64,000 nucleotides of DNA. It comes from Cyanophora paradoxa CCMP329. Its lineage: Eukaryota > Plantae > Glaucophyta. The first letter of the stretch is position 1. Every line of letters starts with the position of its first letter. A program made the position numbers and the translations under genes. The notes beneath the pieces are model-generated. The model was not told the origin of the DNA. It searched no databases and worked only from the letters and a program-made list of their open reading frames with translations. The DNA lies in assembly GCA_004431415.1 (NCBI GenBank), contig QPMI01000522.1, positions 124,001 to 188,000 on the forward strand. Direction: 5' to 3'. Below, in pieces: positions 25,401-37,500 of this stretch.

Positions 25401-28400
25401 GAAACGGAGAGCCAGCCCTGGCCCATCGGGGCCGAGAGCGAGTACGTCACAGATTGCAGCGTGCTCGGGTTCGCCACCTGCCGAACTATCACATGCGTAC
25501 TCGACAGCAGCGGCAACTGCGCCGGTAATATCAGATCGGAGCACCTGAGCGGTCATGGCGAGGGGCGGCATCGTGGTTGCGTTCGTCAAAACTATCGTCG
25601 AGAAGGGGTCTGCGCGAGAGGACTCTTAGATCGAAAGGACTCTAGATCTCGCTATCGATATGAATCTACGCACAGCGAATCGTGACGTAGACGGTCGCAA
25701 GGACCCCACTCACATCGGGGTACTCGGGAGTGGACTGGGACACTTCCACCCAGTAATTTCCAGGCTCGATGGGCACGTCGGGGGCGACTCCCACGGCGAA
25801 AGCTGCGGTCGTGCGGGCTGGAATCGAGAACGCGCCGGCGCTGGAGCCCGCTGTTGCCCCAGAGACCTGCTCGAGCAGAACGCGTAAATCAGAACGCAGC
25901 TCACGCTAAGCTGAAAGGGGATGCTGCTGAGATCGCCAAATATGGAGCGCTCACAGGTTTCAAGACTAGCCACGGGAGGACGGGCTTCGTCGAGAGGGCC
26001 ACTGTCGTGGCTGCAGGAAGCGAAGAGGCAACTAGCAGCGCTGCCATCGGCCTCCACGTGTACGGGACGGACGAGACTCCCCCCGGGCCCGCAATGTTAG
26101 AGTACGCGTACAGCTCGGAGAGGCTCCTGCAGCCAACGCGGCCATAATAATCATAGTAGGCGTTGCAGTAGCCGCGCTCGGACGCGCAGCCGACGCCCCA
26201 GCACGCGCGGGTGTCGTAGCTGCTCGAAGGGGTCACGCTTGCGTCGAAGGTCAGCCTCCCGTTGACGAGCTTGGTGGGCCCGCTGACGACGAAGCAGTCG
26301 TCGGCCGTGCAGCGGCAGGAGTCGGTGCCGCACAGGCAGGAGGAGGCGCCGCCGAAGCACGAGCAGGGGGCGTTAAGCGTCGAGCTGCTCGTGCACTGCG
26401 CAGGTTTGAACGCGTTCAAGAACGCCGACGGCTGAAGGCTGCCCTCGATCGCCTCTGTAAAAGCAGAAAATTAGCAGTGAGCTCGAGAAGCAAACGGCCG
26501 AACGCCCTGCAGCTGGGGCCGGGTTTCGCGCACTTCTCACATTGACGCGGAGGATGGCCTGAAGACCGTCGAACCTGGGATAGTCCGGCGACGCGAGAGA
26601 CACGTTCACGTTGACCGTGCCGGGCGGGATAACCGCGCTCGGAGAGACGCCGAGGCCAAAGGTGAGCGTGGACAGGGCCGGGACCGTCACGAGGTCGCCC
26701 GCGTTGACCGTGGTGCCATCGCTCTGATCATGAGAGAGGCGAGGTCAACGCAACGTCAACGCGCACTCTGAGTTAGTTTACGGGCGCGAGCGCGCACCTT
26801 CTTGAGGACAAGCCACGCGACCGCGTCCGTCGACGCGAAAGAGAAGCGGACGCCGACGGCAGTCGGTCGGGTGTTCGTGAAGAAGACGGCCGCTGCTGGC
26901 TCGGGCTGGAAGGGCACGACCTCGAGGGACCACGGCGCGCGGACGGCGTCCTGGCTGCCGTAGCCGAGCGGGACGGACACCTCGCTCACGGGAATGTTCT
27001 GGCACGGCAGCTGCGGCTGCGCCGTCACCGTGATCCCGTCGACGTAAGAGGGCGGAGGCGTGCAGGTAATCGGGGCCGAACTTTGACCCCACTCCCCGTA
27101 GCAGTTGAAGTAGGCCTCCAGGTACCAGAGCTCACTGTATGGAGTAACTCGGTCGCATAGGTAGTTGTCAAGGGACGTGTAAGGCGGCCCAACCAGACCC
27201 GCGGTGCCCAAAACCTGCGTGTCACTCGATCTCATTGTGAGCGAGCATCCGAGTCCGAAGCACGCTCGTCCGGGGCCAGTGAGTCGTCCGTTCGAGGCAT
27301 CGACGGACACCGGTCCGCTGACCACGGCGCACTCTGTTCCCGTGCAACGGCACGAGCTGAGTGTGCACGCGCAGAGAGCGGCATCTCCATAGCAGGAGCA
27401 CGTCTTGCCCTTGCTGTTGAGAGTGCTCGAGCTCGAGCAAGTGGCAGACTTGAAGAACGAGAGCGTTACGCCGGGCCGGATTGCGAAGGGACCTGCTCAT
27501 AAAATGCGCATCGTTGGCTCACGCTTGCAAATTAAATGCGCGATCGTGAGCGGACGAGCTCACGCTTGACTTCCATCGTCGCGTTGAAAGGCGTCGGGCT
27601 CCCGTTACCGTCGAATCGTACGTGCGAAAGGGCGGAGACGTTGGAGGTGAGCTTCAGCTCCACGGTCTCGTTCCCGAAGCCGAGCTCGAGCACGCTGGCG
27701 GAGGCATCGAATATGATCGCGACGGACCTGCGCGCCACATGGGCAGGATTGACTATTTCGAAAATTCCGCAAAGCTGAGCGACGTTGAGCAACGCACGCG
27801 TTCTCCATCGGGCCAAGGTGCCCGCTGCTGGGAGACAAGGAGAGCCACGGAGCGGCGCCGCTGGGGGCGAGGGACCACGTCACCCCCTTCGACCCGAAGT
27901 TCGTCAAGAGGATGTCCTTGCCCCTGCGATATCAATGTTTGTACGTATAAATATATAAGCCTGCTTAAAAACAATATGCTGGCACCTCTGGCCCGATGCG
28001 CCCGTTAGCATGTCCTTGTACGCAGTCAGGGGATTTGCGCCACAGAGAAGCTCCTCGGTAATGTAATTCGTCGGGCGCATGGCGTTGGATCGAGTGCAAC
28101 CCGGTCCGGTTGCTCCAGGCGACGAGCTGCCCTGCACGAGGCCTGAAGAGGATTTATCAGAGCCGTTTTGCACCCGTGCAAAGGCTGCGACAAATATCTG
28201 CAAGAAGCCCCACCCTTGACGAGGAAGCGCAGCACAGTCGGCTCCGCGTAGTAGCCGGCGACAGGGGCGACGGGGTCGTCCGTGCGGATGTCGACGCGGG
28301 CGGAGATGTTGGCCCACGTATTCTCCACGAGGCCCGAAGCATAGATAGCGAGGGCGCGGTCCGTGTAAGAGGGCGCCTTCAGCGAGAGCCCTGACGCCTC

Positions 28401-31400
28401 TTTATCAGAATTTGCCGTGCAATCGATCGGTATAAAGACGAGAGCCAGGTAAGATCACACCTGAAAGAGAATATGTGTACTGGACGTAGCCCGTGCCGCT
28501 GGCTGGAACGGTTACGGAAGCGGGGGAGAAACTGAGGCGGCTGTCTGGAGAGGACAGCGTGAAAACCGTAGAGCGGTCGCTGCGGGGATTCGTGATCTTG
28601 ATTTGGCCAGTCGCACTGGTCTCGCCTGCAAGCCGCATCCCCGCCCAATGAGCATTATATTTGAAACAAAGCAAGATAGCCTATTAAATGCGGTTCACCC
28701 GCCGACACGACAGCTTGTAAGGCCAGCCCAGCGTGATAGATGTTGGAATCCGGAGATCGGGGAAGCACAAGCTGGTCGAAGAAGTATCCGGGGCGCTCGA
28801 TGGTAGAAGAATCGTTCTGGTAGGTTCCCAGAGCGTCCAGCGGATTGTATCCCGCGCTGACCACGTAGCCTAACAAGGATGTATTAAGAAATGCCTTTCA
28901 AAGAACGTTGCTAGAGCTCGAAGCTCAATAACCTTTGCGCTCGATTTTGACGTCGACGGTTCGAAGGTAATTTTTCACGTGGAAGCTGGGGAGGGTAGTC
29001 GAAACCTGCAGTTTTGGTGAGTAGTAAATTTGTCGAAAAACATATGCATAAGAGTCGATCTGGCACACGCACAACAATAAGGCCTCCGTGCAGGCCCGGC
29101 GGAATCGTGGAGCGCGCTCTGAACGTTAGAGAGGCGGAGGCGAAAGAAAACTTCGTTGCATCGAAGGAGACCGAAGCGGGGGCGGTCGAGGCGGGGATCG
29201 TGCCGGAGGTAGCGGACAGGAAGTCCACAAGCGGCGAAGCCGAGATGGCGTTCGAGGTGGTTGACGGGGACCATATGTTCCAGGGCCTGGTCGCGGAGAC
29301 GGCGCTGGCGCTCCAGGAGAGCGACTCGTTCAGTGCGATGTTGTAGATCGTGCTCGTGTGCGTCTTAAGGTCAGCCGCCGGGGTCCCGACGACGGACGCT
29401 TCGCTGCCTGTGAAGTGACGGGTGTCGACCTGGTCCCCAAAGTGGAAAGTGCGCCCTTCTTGGGCGGACAGAGCCTCGAGCTCCGGAATGTTGGACGAGA
29501 AGTCGTAGTAGGAGCAGACGTATGCCGAAGGTGCTGACGGCGCGACCGCGCACACCAGGTAGGGGCCTGCGGTCGCGAGCGGGGGATGCGTGAGTGCACT
29601 GTCGCTGTCGGGCACCCGCGGGTGCGAAGCTTAAGCGGGGAAAGCGAGAACCGAAAATCATCCAGCGCTGGAACTTGTATGCATCTGTGTTGTCCATCTG
29701 CTCCGACCAAATGTAACAGTACTCGCTCTGCGGCGCTATCAGTTCCGCTATGAGCTCGAGGGGCGAATTAAACAGCAGACCGAAGAGAAGCTCCGCGCGA
29801 GCTTTTGTGTCTCGCCCTGCATGTGCATCCAGGCGCAAGGATTTGAAGAAAAGTGCGAATGCATGAATCAGCCCCCCCAAAAAGGAGCGAAATTGAAGAA
29901 GAGAGAGTTCGAAATCGCTCACATCCCAGTGTTGGTAAGGGAACTGAACGACGGTCCTGTCGAAGCGAGGGCGCCCAACGGCTCTCCTTACGACGCCAGG
30001 CACACCGAAGAAGCGCGGATCGAAGCTGGCAATTGCAGGGGTCTCACGAAAACTGCAAGGCCCGACCGAAGCACGAAATTAAAGCAGAAGGTTGCGTTAC
30101 CTGATCTGTCCGGAGACAAGCTTGTCAAGGGTGCTCTTGGGAATGAAGTCATCGCCAGCGAAAACTGCGACCTCGGGAAATGAATATCGTCGAAGTTCGC
30201 AGGCACGCAGATCGTAAATTTGGACAACACGCACGCATGTAAATGTGCTTCGGGCCGCAGAAGGCCTTGTCAGGCCCCGCGAGCTTCCATGCCGGCTCTG
30301 TCCCCGGAGCTGAACTGGACGTGGCCGAAGCTCTATCAGTCGCCATCTGATATCGATCCCCGGTGAGCTCTAGAGGAGGAAGACGGGCTGAAGGGGATTG
30401 CGCGGCACAGACCTTGAAATCGAATGAAATGCCGCCGTATGGGAGCCCGTAATCATATCCGCGTCCGACTTGGTAGTGACGCGCCTTCGCCTCCGCAAAC
30501 TCGACCTTGGGGCGCGGGCCCGCGAAAACCTTGTCCACGTCCACGGAGAAGAGGGTGAAGGCGAGGGGCAGGCCGTCCGAGGCGCGGATCGCCAGTACGG
30601 CCTGATAAACATACAGAGCACAAACACGATCAATGCAGCTTCGGAACATTAATGCTCGGCTTCTGAGCGTGCACGCACCTTCAGACCGGGAAGGCACGGC
30701 CTCGTGCACTTGCTATAATCGTAGCTGCGGCCGTGCCAGCCGGTCAGAGGCAGGGGGCATGAGCGCAAGAGCTAAAGATCGCGAAAATCTAGAACTAAAA
30801 TTGGGAGCTGGCCGCACCGGTAGTTCAAGTTGTTGGTGGTCCCGGAGACCAGCGTCAAGCGGGCATCGTCGACCGTGTAGGAGAGAGAGCCGGTAGACGT
30901 CGAGCCAAGGAACGCAAGGCACCTGCTCACGATCACGATCACGCGCTCGCGGTCAAGTTAAAGATCTCGACCAGGCCTAAGCCCAAAGGAGTGCGGGGGG
31001 GAGGGGGAGAGGGGGAAAGGGGGGGGGGGGGGCGGACCGCGAGTTGGCGCCCTTGGACGCGGCGAGCTGCGTCGACGAGTAGTTCATGAGGCGGCCGAGG
31101 ACGAGGCCGGCGCCGAAGCCGGCGGCCCCCGCCGAGTGCCCTTCCAGGGCCCGCGTGAGGGCGCTCCCGTGGTAGCCGTACCAGTACCCCGACTCGCACT
31201 TCATGGATCCGACGTTGAGCAAGGACTGCTCGTCGTTGCCGGAGTCCGCTTCCCGATCCTCGAGAGCGAGAGCGGACAGCTCGACGGCGTACAGGTCGAC
31301 CGCATCGCTAGCGCTCGAGGTCACAGCGAGCTGCGCGAAATGCAATCATTAACCCCACGCGCGTACGATCACAAACGGGCCGCCGGCCGCGGACTTAGAG

Positions 31401-32645
31401 CACATTTACACGCGTGCTCACCGTGTGAGACGAGCCTGCCATGAAGACCGGCGCGCTAACCGCTGGGCCGAGGGCCGGCGTCGTGAAAGATGCGGCGGGG
31501 GCGCGGCTCGCGGGATACTCTGCAAGGAGGCGACTCGGCAAGTTAGAAAAAATTATGTGCGTGGACTTTAGATTTAATCACGTGCAAATGAAAGCGAGCA
31601 AGAGCGCACGGAAGACGATGCGCGGGTAGCTATTGCGCGAAGAGCTGAACGTTTGGGTCCAGAGCGCGGAATCCAGGAGCGTCGTCAGCTCCGCGCTGGG
31701 CGAGGCGGGCAGGCGCCAGTCGGCGGGTGCGTAGGCGCTGTTCCAGGGGAGGACCACGAGGTAGAATCGAACGTTCGCGCCGTCCTCCGTGGTTCCGGAG
31801 GCCTTGTCCGAGCCATACAGGATCGGCGTCGGGCAAATCGCGGTCGAGCCGACGCTGGTGCGGCTGCTCAGGGCCGCCGACCCCTTCAGGACGAGCGAGA
31901 TGGGGTCGAGGCGGTAGCCCGAGCGCGGGTTCGAGTCGCCGGGGATCAGCATGTCCGTCTTGTACGTGACGCGGGAGATGGCGCCGCGCGTCCGGATGGC
32001 GTCGAGGCGCTCCTGCGGCGAGGACGGGGCGGGCCAGCCCCAGGTGTCGGTGGTCCATCCGTCAGCGAGCTCGCACAAGACCACCACCTCCCGCTCCTGC
32101 GCATGCGAATACGGCCGCGGACTGGTCAGATTTAGAAGACCGTCGACGTCGGACGACGCCTTAGTCTTCGCTGCGCAACGGGCCAGGCCCGGAAGCTCTC
32201 GATTAATATTGTAGATGTCTGAACGTGTATATATTGGCCCATCTGATCGTCAAGCATAGGCCCGGGCCCACAGCCTAGCAGGCTGGCCACAGTTAGGGCG
32301 GCCTATAGCTAGGGCCTGCGAGCTGGCCGCGGGTGCACATTTAAATACACATATATATGCCGCAGTGCTGGCCATGCATATACATGGGCGGATGTTCATG
32401 ATCAAAGACGCACCGTCCCGGACCAGACCGCGTCTGCCGTGTCAGAGGTGTGGTAATACCAGCGGACGTTCGCTGAAGCCGTCGATTCCGCGGACGGGCC
32501 GAAGGGCACGCCCGGCTCAACGGGGACGTGCCCTGCGCCTGACCACCCGGAAGAGGCGTACAGGCGCTCGATGGCGCACGCCGGACTCGCCAGCGCGAGC
32601 AGCAGCAGGCAGGCCGAGATGAGGCCTCGACCCGCGGCGTCCATG
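16490..32645 (-). CDS. Giant secreted/surface protein: signal peptide, Ig/BACON-like and Cys-rich modules, filamin-like repeat, REJ module, GAIN/GPS motif and short hydrophobic C-tail
   Basis: Signal MDAAGRGLISACLLLLALASPACA (32645); WLSLSPSSG and WLSVSP motifs; GDGEYRVKFS; REJ hallmarks PGSYSLTFTA, LSPGASYRFRLTAT and PTPGTCSVSPASG..TRFTLTCS..PLRYQF; GPS YW..W..GC..CSHL|TTFAVF; stop at 16490. A split into two genes cannot be excluded. Confidence 0.75.
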
Positions 32646-33384
32646 CTCAGCCGCCGCGCGCCGATCGCGACCGCCATATGCATCCGTCCGGTTCGATGTA
32701 TGGCGAGGCCGCGCAGAGAGCGCCGCGGCGCCCAGCTGCGCATGCAGGCTTATCGGCTATCTGCCCCTGCTGTACACGTACGCGTAACTATGCGCTACGA
32801 TATCGATAGCCTACGAAACCGTTGAACAGCCCCTCTGAGGCTATATAGCTACCGTACAGCTCAGCGGCCACCGCCGCCGCGGCGCCGCGGCGCCGCCGGG
32901 CCGGGCCGACGTCGACAGCTGCTACTGGTATATAGCTATACTAGTAGCGCTAGCCTACCGGTACTAGGCTAGTAGCGGCTAGCCTGTACTACGGTACATG
33001 ATGGCATGTGGCTGCCAGTGCATTGTGGCACTGTGCGGGAGTCACGGATCGACTCACGGCGTGACCGTACGTCGGACTGAGGGCCTGAGGCGCGGCTCAG
33101 ACGCCGGCTCAGGCTGCAGACGTACTACTTGGCAAAGTTGGCATGCATACTGTAAGGCTGTTATTTTAGACGGGTTTAAACTTAGACGTTAAAACTTTGC
33201 CCACCCACTACAATGATATCTGCATTCATTCAAGAATTATTTGATTTTTAACGTTTAACTTAGTAACATCGATCGATCTGAGGCGATTCTAGATCTGACT
33301 CAGTAACTCGATCGCCGTGCACGGTGCACGTGATCGATCTGAGCCGCCGAGTCGGCGCCGACTCAGACTGCGCATGCATGCGCA

Positions 33385-33557
33385 CGCCGCGCGGGCCGCG
33401 GCGCGGCCCGCCGGGCCCGGCGCCCGCGGCCGCGGCCCGCGCGCGCGCCGCGCCGCTCGCCGGCCCGCGGGCCGGCGGCCGGGCGCCCGCCCGGCGCCCG
33501 GCGGCCCGGGCCGGGCGGCCCGGGCGGCGGGCCGGGCCGCGGCCCGGCGGGCCGGCC
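33385..33557. repeat. 173-nt tract that is almost purely G/C (a single T)
   Basis: Read directly; followed abruptly by AT-rich DNA, in the spacer between divergent genes. Confidence 0.9.
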
Positions 33558-34589
33558 AATATTTTCATTGAAACTTTGAAAAATACTACTTATCTCCATC
33601 ATCAAACTATTTTCATTAATATTACTAGTATCTCCGCAAAGCATCGATATCTGAGCCGGCACGTGCACGTGCGTCGCCGTCGCGCCATCGATATCGTGAT
33701 CATGAATATCGATCATGATCATGAGTCAAGGTACTTGAAGGTAGAGACTGGCCTGGGGTACGCGTACGGCGAATTCGAATTCGTAAGCTTTCGCGGCCCT
33801 GCGATTCGAACCCGCGATATCGATGTCTATACCGTCCACGTATACGTATACGCTGCGCCGTGACGCGTTCGCCAACGTCACAGAAATCGGCCACTCGCCG
33901 CGTTCTAATCAATTGCCGGCGCTTACCATTGCAAGTTACCAATTGAGTGCCGCCGAATTGCCCAACTTACCATGATCGCGATCCGCATGGATATATATCG
34001 CATCCATTCGCATGGATCCTCCCTCCGAGACAATCATTCCAGAATCATCAATGGCTCGAAACAACGGACGCGGTCCTGACGGGCCACGAACGTGGTCTAC
34101 CCCCCTGGTAAGGCCGGGATGGAACGGCGCGGACTCGCCGCCCCGGCGCGGAGGGATCCCCGGCTGCGGAGAGCGTACGCGTACGCCGATTTCGAAAAAG
34201 CTGCCTCCCTTAAGCTTAGCTAGCGCTAGAGCCTAGAAGCACCCTGAGCGCGCTGTCCCGCCCTCGCGCATCGACGTGTTGCGCTTCTGGCACAGTCGCC
34301 GGGAGCGCGTGCGAACTTGAGCGGAGTCTGCGGAGCAAGTTTTCGGCAAACCTTACCCAGTCTAAAGCTGGACGCTAGCTCCTCGGCCCCGGCGGAGCGA
34401 GCATCGCGCACCGTGGCATGCTCCTAAGCTGTCACTGAGGCTTGAACTCTTTGAGGTCGGCTGCCCGCCCGCGACCGAGTCCCAGGGTCGCCGCACACGC
34501 GTAAGCGCGTCATCGACGACCGGCCCGCAGAGCTACAGCCGCGCCTCTCCCGAAGCCTCTGGCCCGCTGGTCCGGAGCGCGTTCTCGGG

Positions 34590-37500
34590 ATGGAGAAGCG
34601 AGTCGCTGAAGAGGGGGGCGTGGGAAAGGTCCGTCCGGCCGTCCCTCGCCGCGGAGTCTCCGGATCCCGCTGATCGCACGCTTGCCTGCTGCTCAGAATG
34701 AAGACAGGGTGCGGCACCGCGTGGTCGCGGCCCGAGTCCGGGGATTCTGGCCTGCTGATCGTGACGAGTGCCGCGTACGCAGCTGTGGCGCGCGATGTAC
34801 GCGATACAAGACCACCTGGTGCCTACAGCCCGCTGCATCCTTGGGCTCACTTAGCCGTATAGCTGGGGCTGGGCCGCTCGCGTCAGGGTAACGGGCGAGG
34901 CCGGCCGGCGCCGCGGCAGGCCCTGGCCACGCCGGCCGCTGCGTCACGCTTTAGCTTGGTCTAGCTCTCCGCTAGAGCTGCTAAGGACCGGCTCCCATGT
35001 GGATCGTGGGTTGTCCCGCGCGCCGGCGACCGGACCGGAAATTAGATCCAGCCCCTATTAAAAGCGGCCGCTCTAGATCTGATCCTGTCCCGGTCCGCAG
35101 ACGGAAATCAGCGACAGGAAATACAAGAACAAGGTCCGCAGAACCCCCTCCCCCGCTCAGCCGCGTCCGCCCGGCCGCCGACGACGCCGGCCGCAGAGGG
35201 AGCAAGTCCTGTCCATCGTCTACAACTTCATCGACGGCATCCAGCTCCTCGCGCTCTGCATCGGGCGGCACTCCTGTGCGCGCCGCGCGCGGACGCCGGC
35301 GCCGCCGGAACCTTTTCTGACGCCGGGGGGCCTCGCCCGGCCTCCGCAGCCTTCGACACCGGCGTGTACCGTCCGATTATTCGCTACGCCGACCTGCACA
35401 TCGTCCGCCCTCCCCCCTCCCCTCAACTTCCCTCCACCCCCCCTCTCCAGCGCCTTCGCCGACGCCCGGCGCGTTCGCCGCAGCTCTTCACGCAGCACAA
35501 CTACGACAAGTTCACGAACGTCCTCTGGGCCTACTTCATCATCTTCCTCGTCGCCGTCCTCGCCTTCCTCTACCGCCTCGTCCGGCTACGGGTGCGCGGC
35601 GCGCGCGCGCGCGCCGCCCGCGGCCCGGGCCTCCCCAACGCCCGGCCCCGCGCGCCGCAGAAAGGGAAGCCGGCGCGGTCGGTCCAGATTTACAGCTCCA
35701 TGATCACGCGGGTGCCTCCCCCGCCCCCAGCCTCGGCCCGCCCGCCTCCTCCGCGCCCGCCGCCTCACGCGCGCGGCCCTCGCGATCGGGCAGGCGATCA
35801 TGTTCGGGCTCTTCATCCCCTTCGTGAAGCTCTTCGCGTCGGTCTTCGCGTGCGGGCAGGACGACTGGCTGGGCGAGGCGTCCCCGCCGCTTGTGGAGTG
35901 CCTCTCCCTCACGTGGACCGTGTACGCCGCCATAGCCGGCGGCGTCCTCGGCGTCTTCGTGGTGAGCGCCTGCAATAAATTGGAGCGCGGCGAGCCGCTG
36001 ACTGACTGACTCCGGGCAGCCCCTCACCGTTGGGTTCTTCTTCCTGTTCCGGCACAACCACATCGGCTGCCCCGACTTCGAGTCGCGCCCGCACGGCCGC
36101 TTCCACGCGCCCTACGTCGTCGGCCGACTCGCGATGATTGCGGCGACGGCGGCGGCGCCGGGCGAGTCGACCCTCGTCCAGATCGTCTACCTCGCGTGCA
36201 CGGGCCTGCCCCTCGTGGCGCTGCTGAAGACGCTGCCGAGCTACCGCCGCTTCATGAACTACATCAGGGGCGGCTTCCTCGCCGCCGCCTTCCACCTGAG
36301 CGTCGCCTCGCTCATCATGTCCGGTGTCGGCGTCCAGGTCGGCCCCAGCCCGCGCTCGAAGCTTACGGTGGGACCCGCTGACGCGCGCGCGCGCGCGCAG
36401 GGCGACCCGAAGCGCGTGCTGGGCTCCTCGGTGCTCATCGCCCTGTCGGGCCTGGCCTTCGTGGCCGGCGTCGCCGCCGTCTGGCTCGCCTACTGGAAGG
36501 TCGAGAAGCTCGCCAACCAGGAAGCCCCGGTCCGTTTAGTTTCCTAGAAGGCCTTGTAATATCACATTCTCATTCGCGGGTGATCGGCAGGAGTTCGAGA
36601 CGCCGTACATCGCGGAGCTGTGCTCGCGCTCGCTGCTGGAGAGGGAGGCGCAGCCGAGCGACGAGGCGAAGCAGAAGGCGGAGGCCCTCCTCCGCGCCGG
36701 CATCGAGCAGTTCCCCTCCAGCGCCTACATCCAGGCGAGAATAAGCTTCGCCTCTGCTTTGCTTTGCTTTTCTGAGGCCCGCGCGCGCGCAGCTGCAGTA
36801 CGCGCACTTCCTGAAGGCCTTCGCCAAGAACGCCAACGCCGCCGGGCAGGAAGTCCGCAACTGGTGCGCCGCGCACGCGCGCCATCGCGCCTTCGGGCGC
36901 CCGGGCGCCTCAAGCTGGCGGCAGCTGGCGGAAGGAGCCGGCGATCGACTTCCGGTACGAGGCCCACTCGACGAAGATCTTCTGGGAGCGCCAGTCGCAG
37001 CTGCACGGCGGAGACAAGGCCGGCGCCGCCGCCGCCGACCTCTTCAGCAGCGCCGACAACAAGCGCATGTACGACAAGGCCCGCCAAGGACGTGCGTCAC
37101 TGAACTCGCTGCGCGCGCGCGCGCGCGCCGCCGCCGACCGACGCCGACCGCCTCTCCGCGCGCAGACACGCGGACGCTGAAGCTGATCCGGGCCTTCTGG
37201 GCGACGCTCTCGAAGAAGAACCTGCACGTGGCGGGCGCCCTCGACGACGTGCCGCGCCGCCTCGCGGACATCGACCTGCAGGCAAAGGACGCAGAGGTCG
37301 CCTACACCTCCCTCCTCAAGCGTGCGTCGACGCCGCCGCCCCTCCAGCGCACTCCTCCAACGGTTTCGAGCTCGGCGGGGGCGCAGGCTTCTCGAGCAGC
37401 AAGATCCTGCTCAGGGCGTACGCCTCGTTCCTTGAGCAGTGCATGGCGCGCCCTGCCCCCCCCCCCCCCCCCCCCCCCCCTCCCGGCCCTCGCTTTCGGC

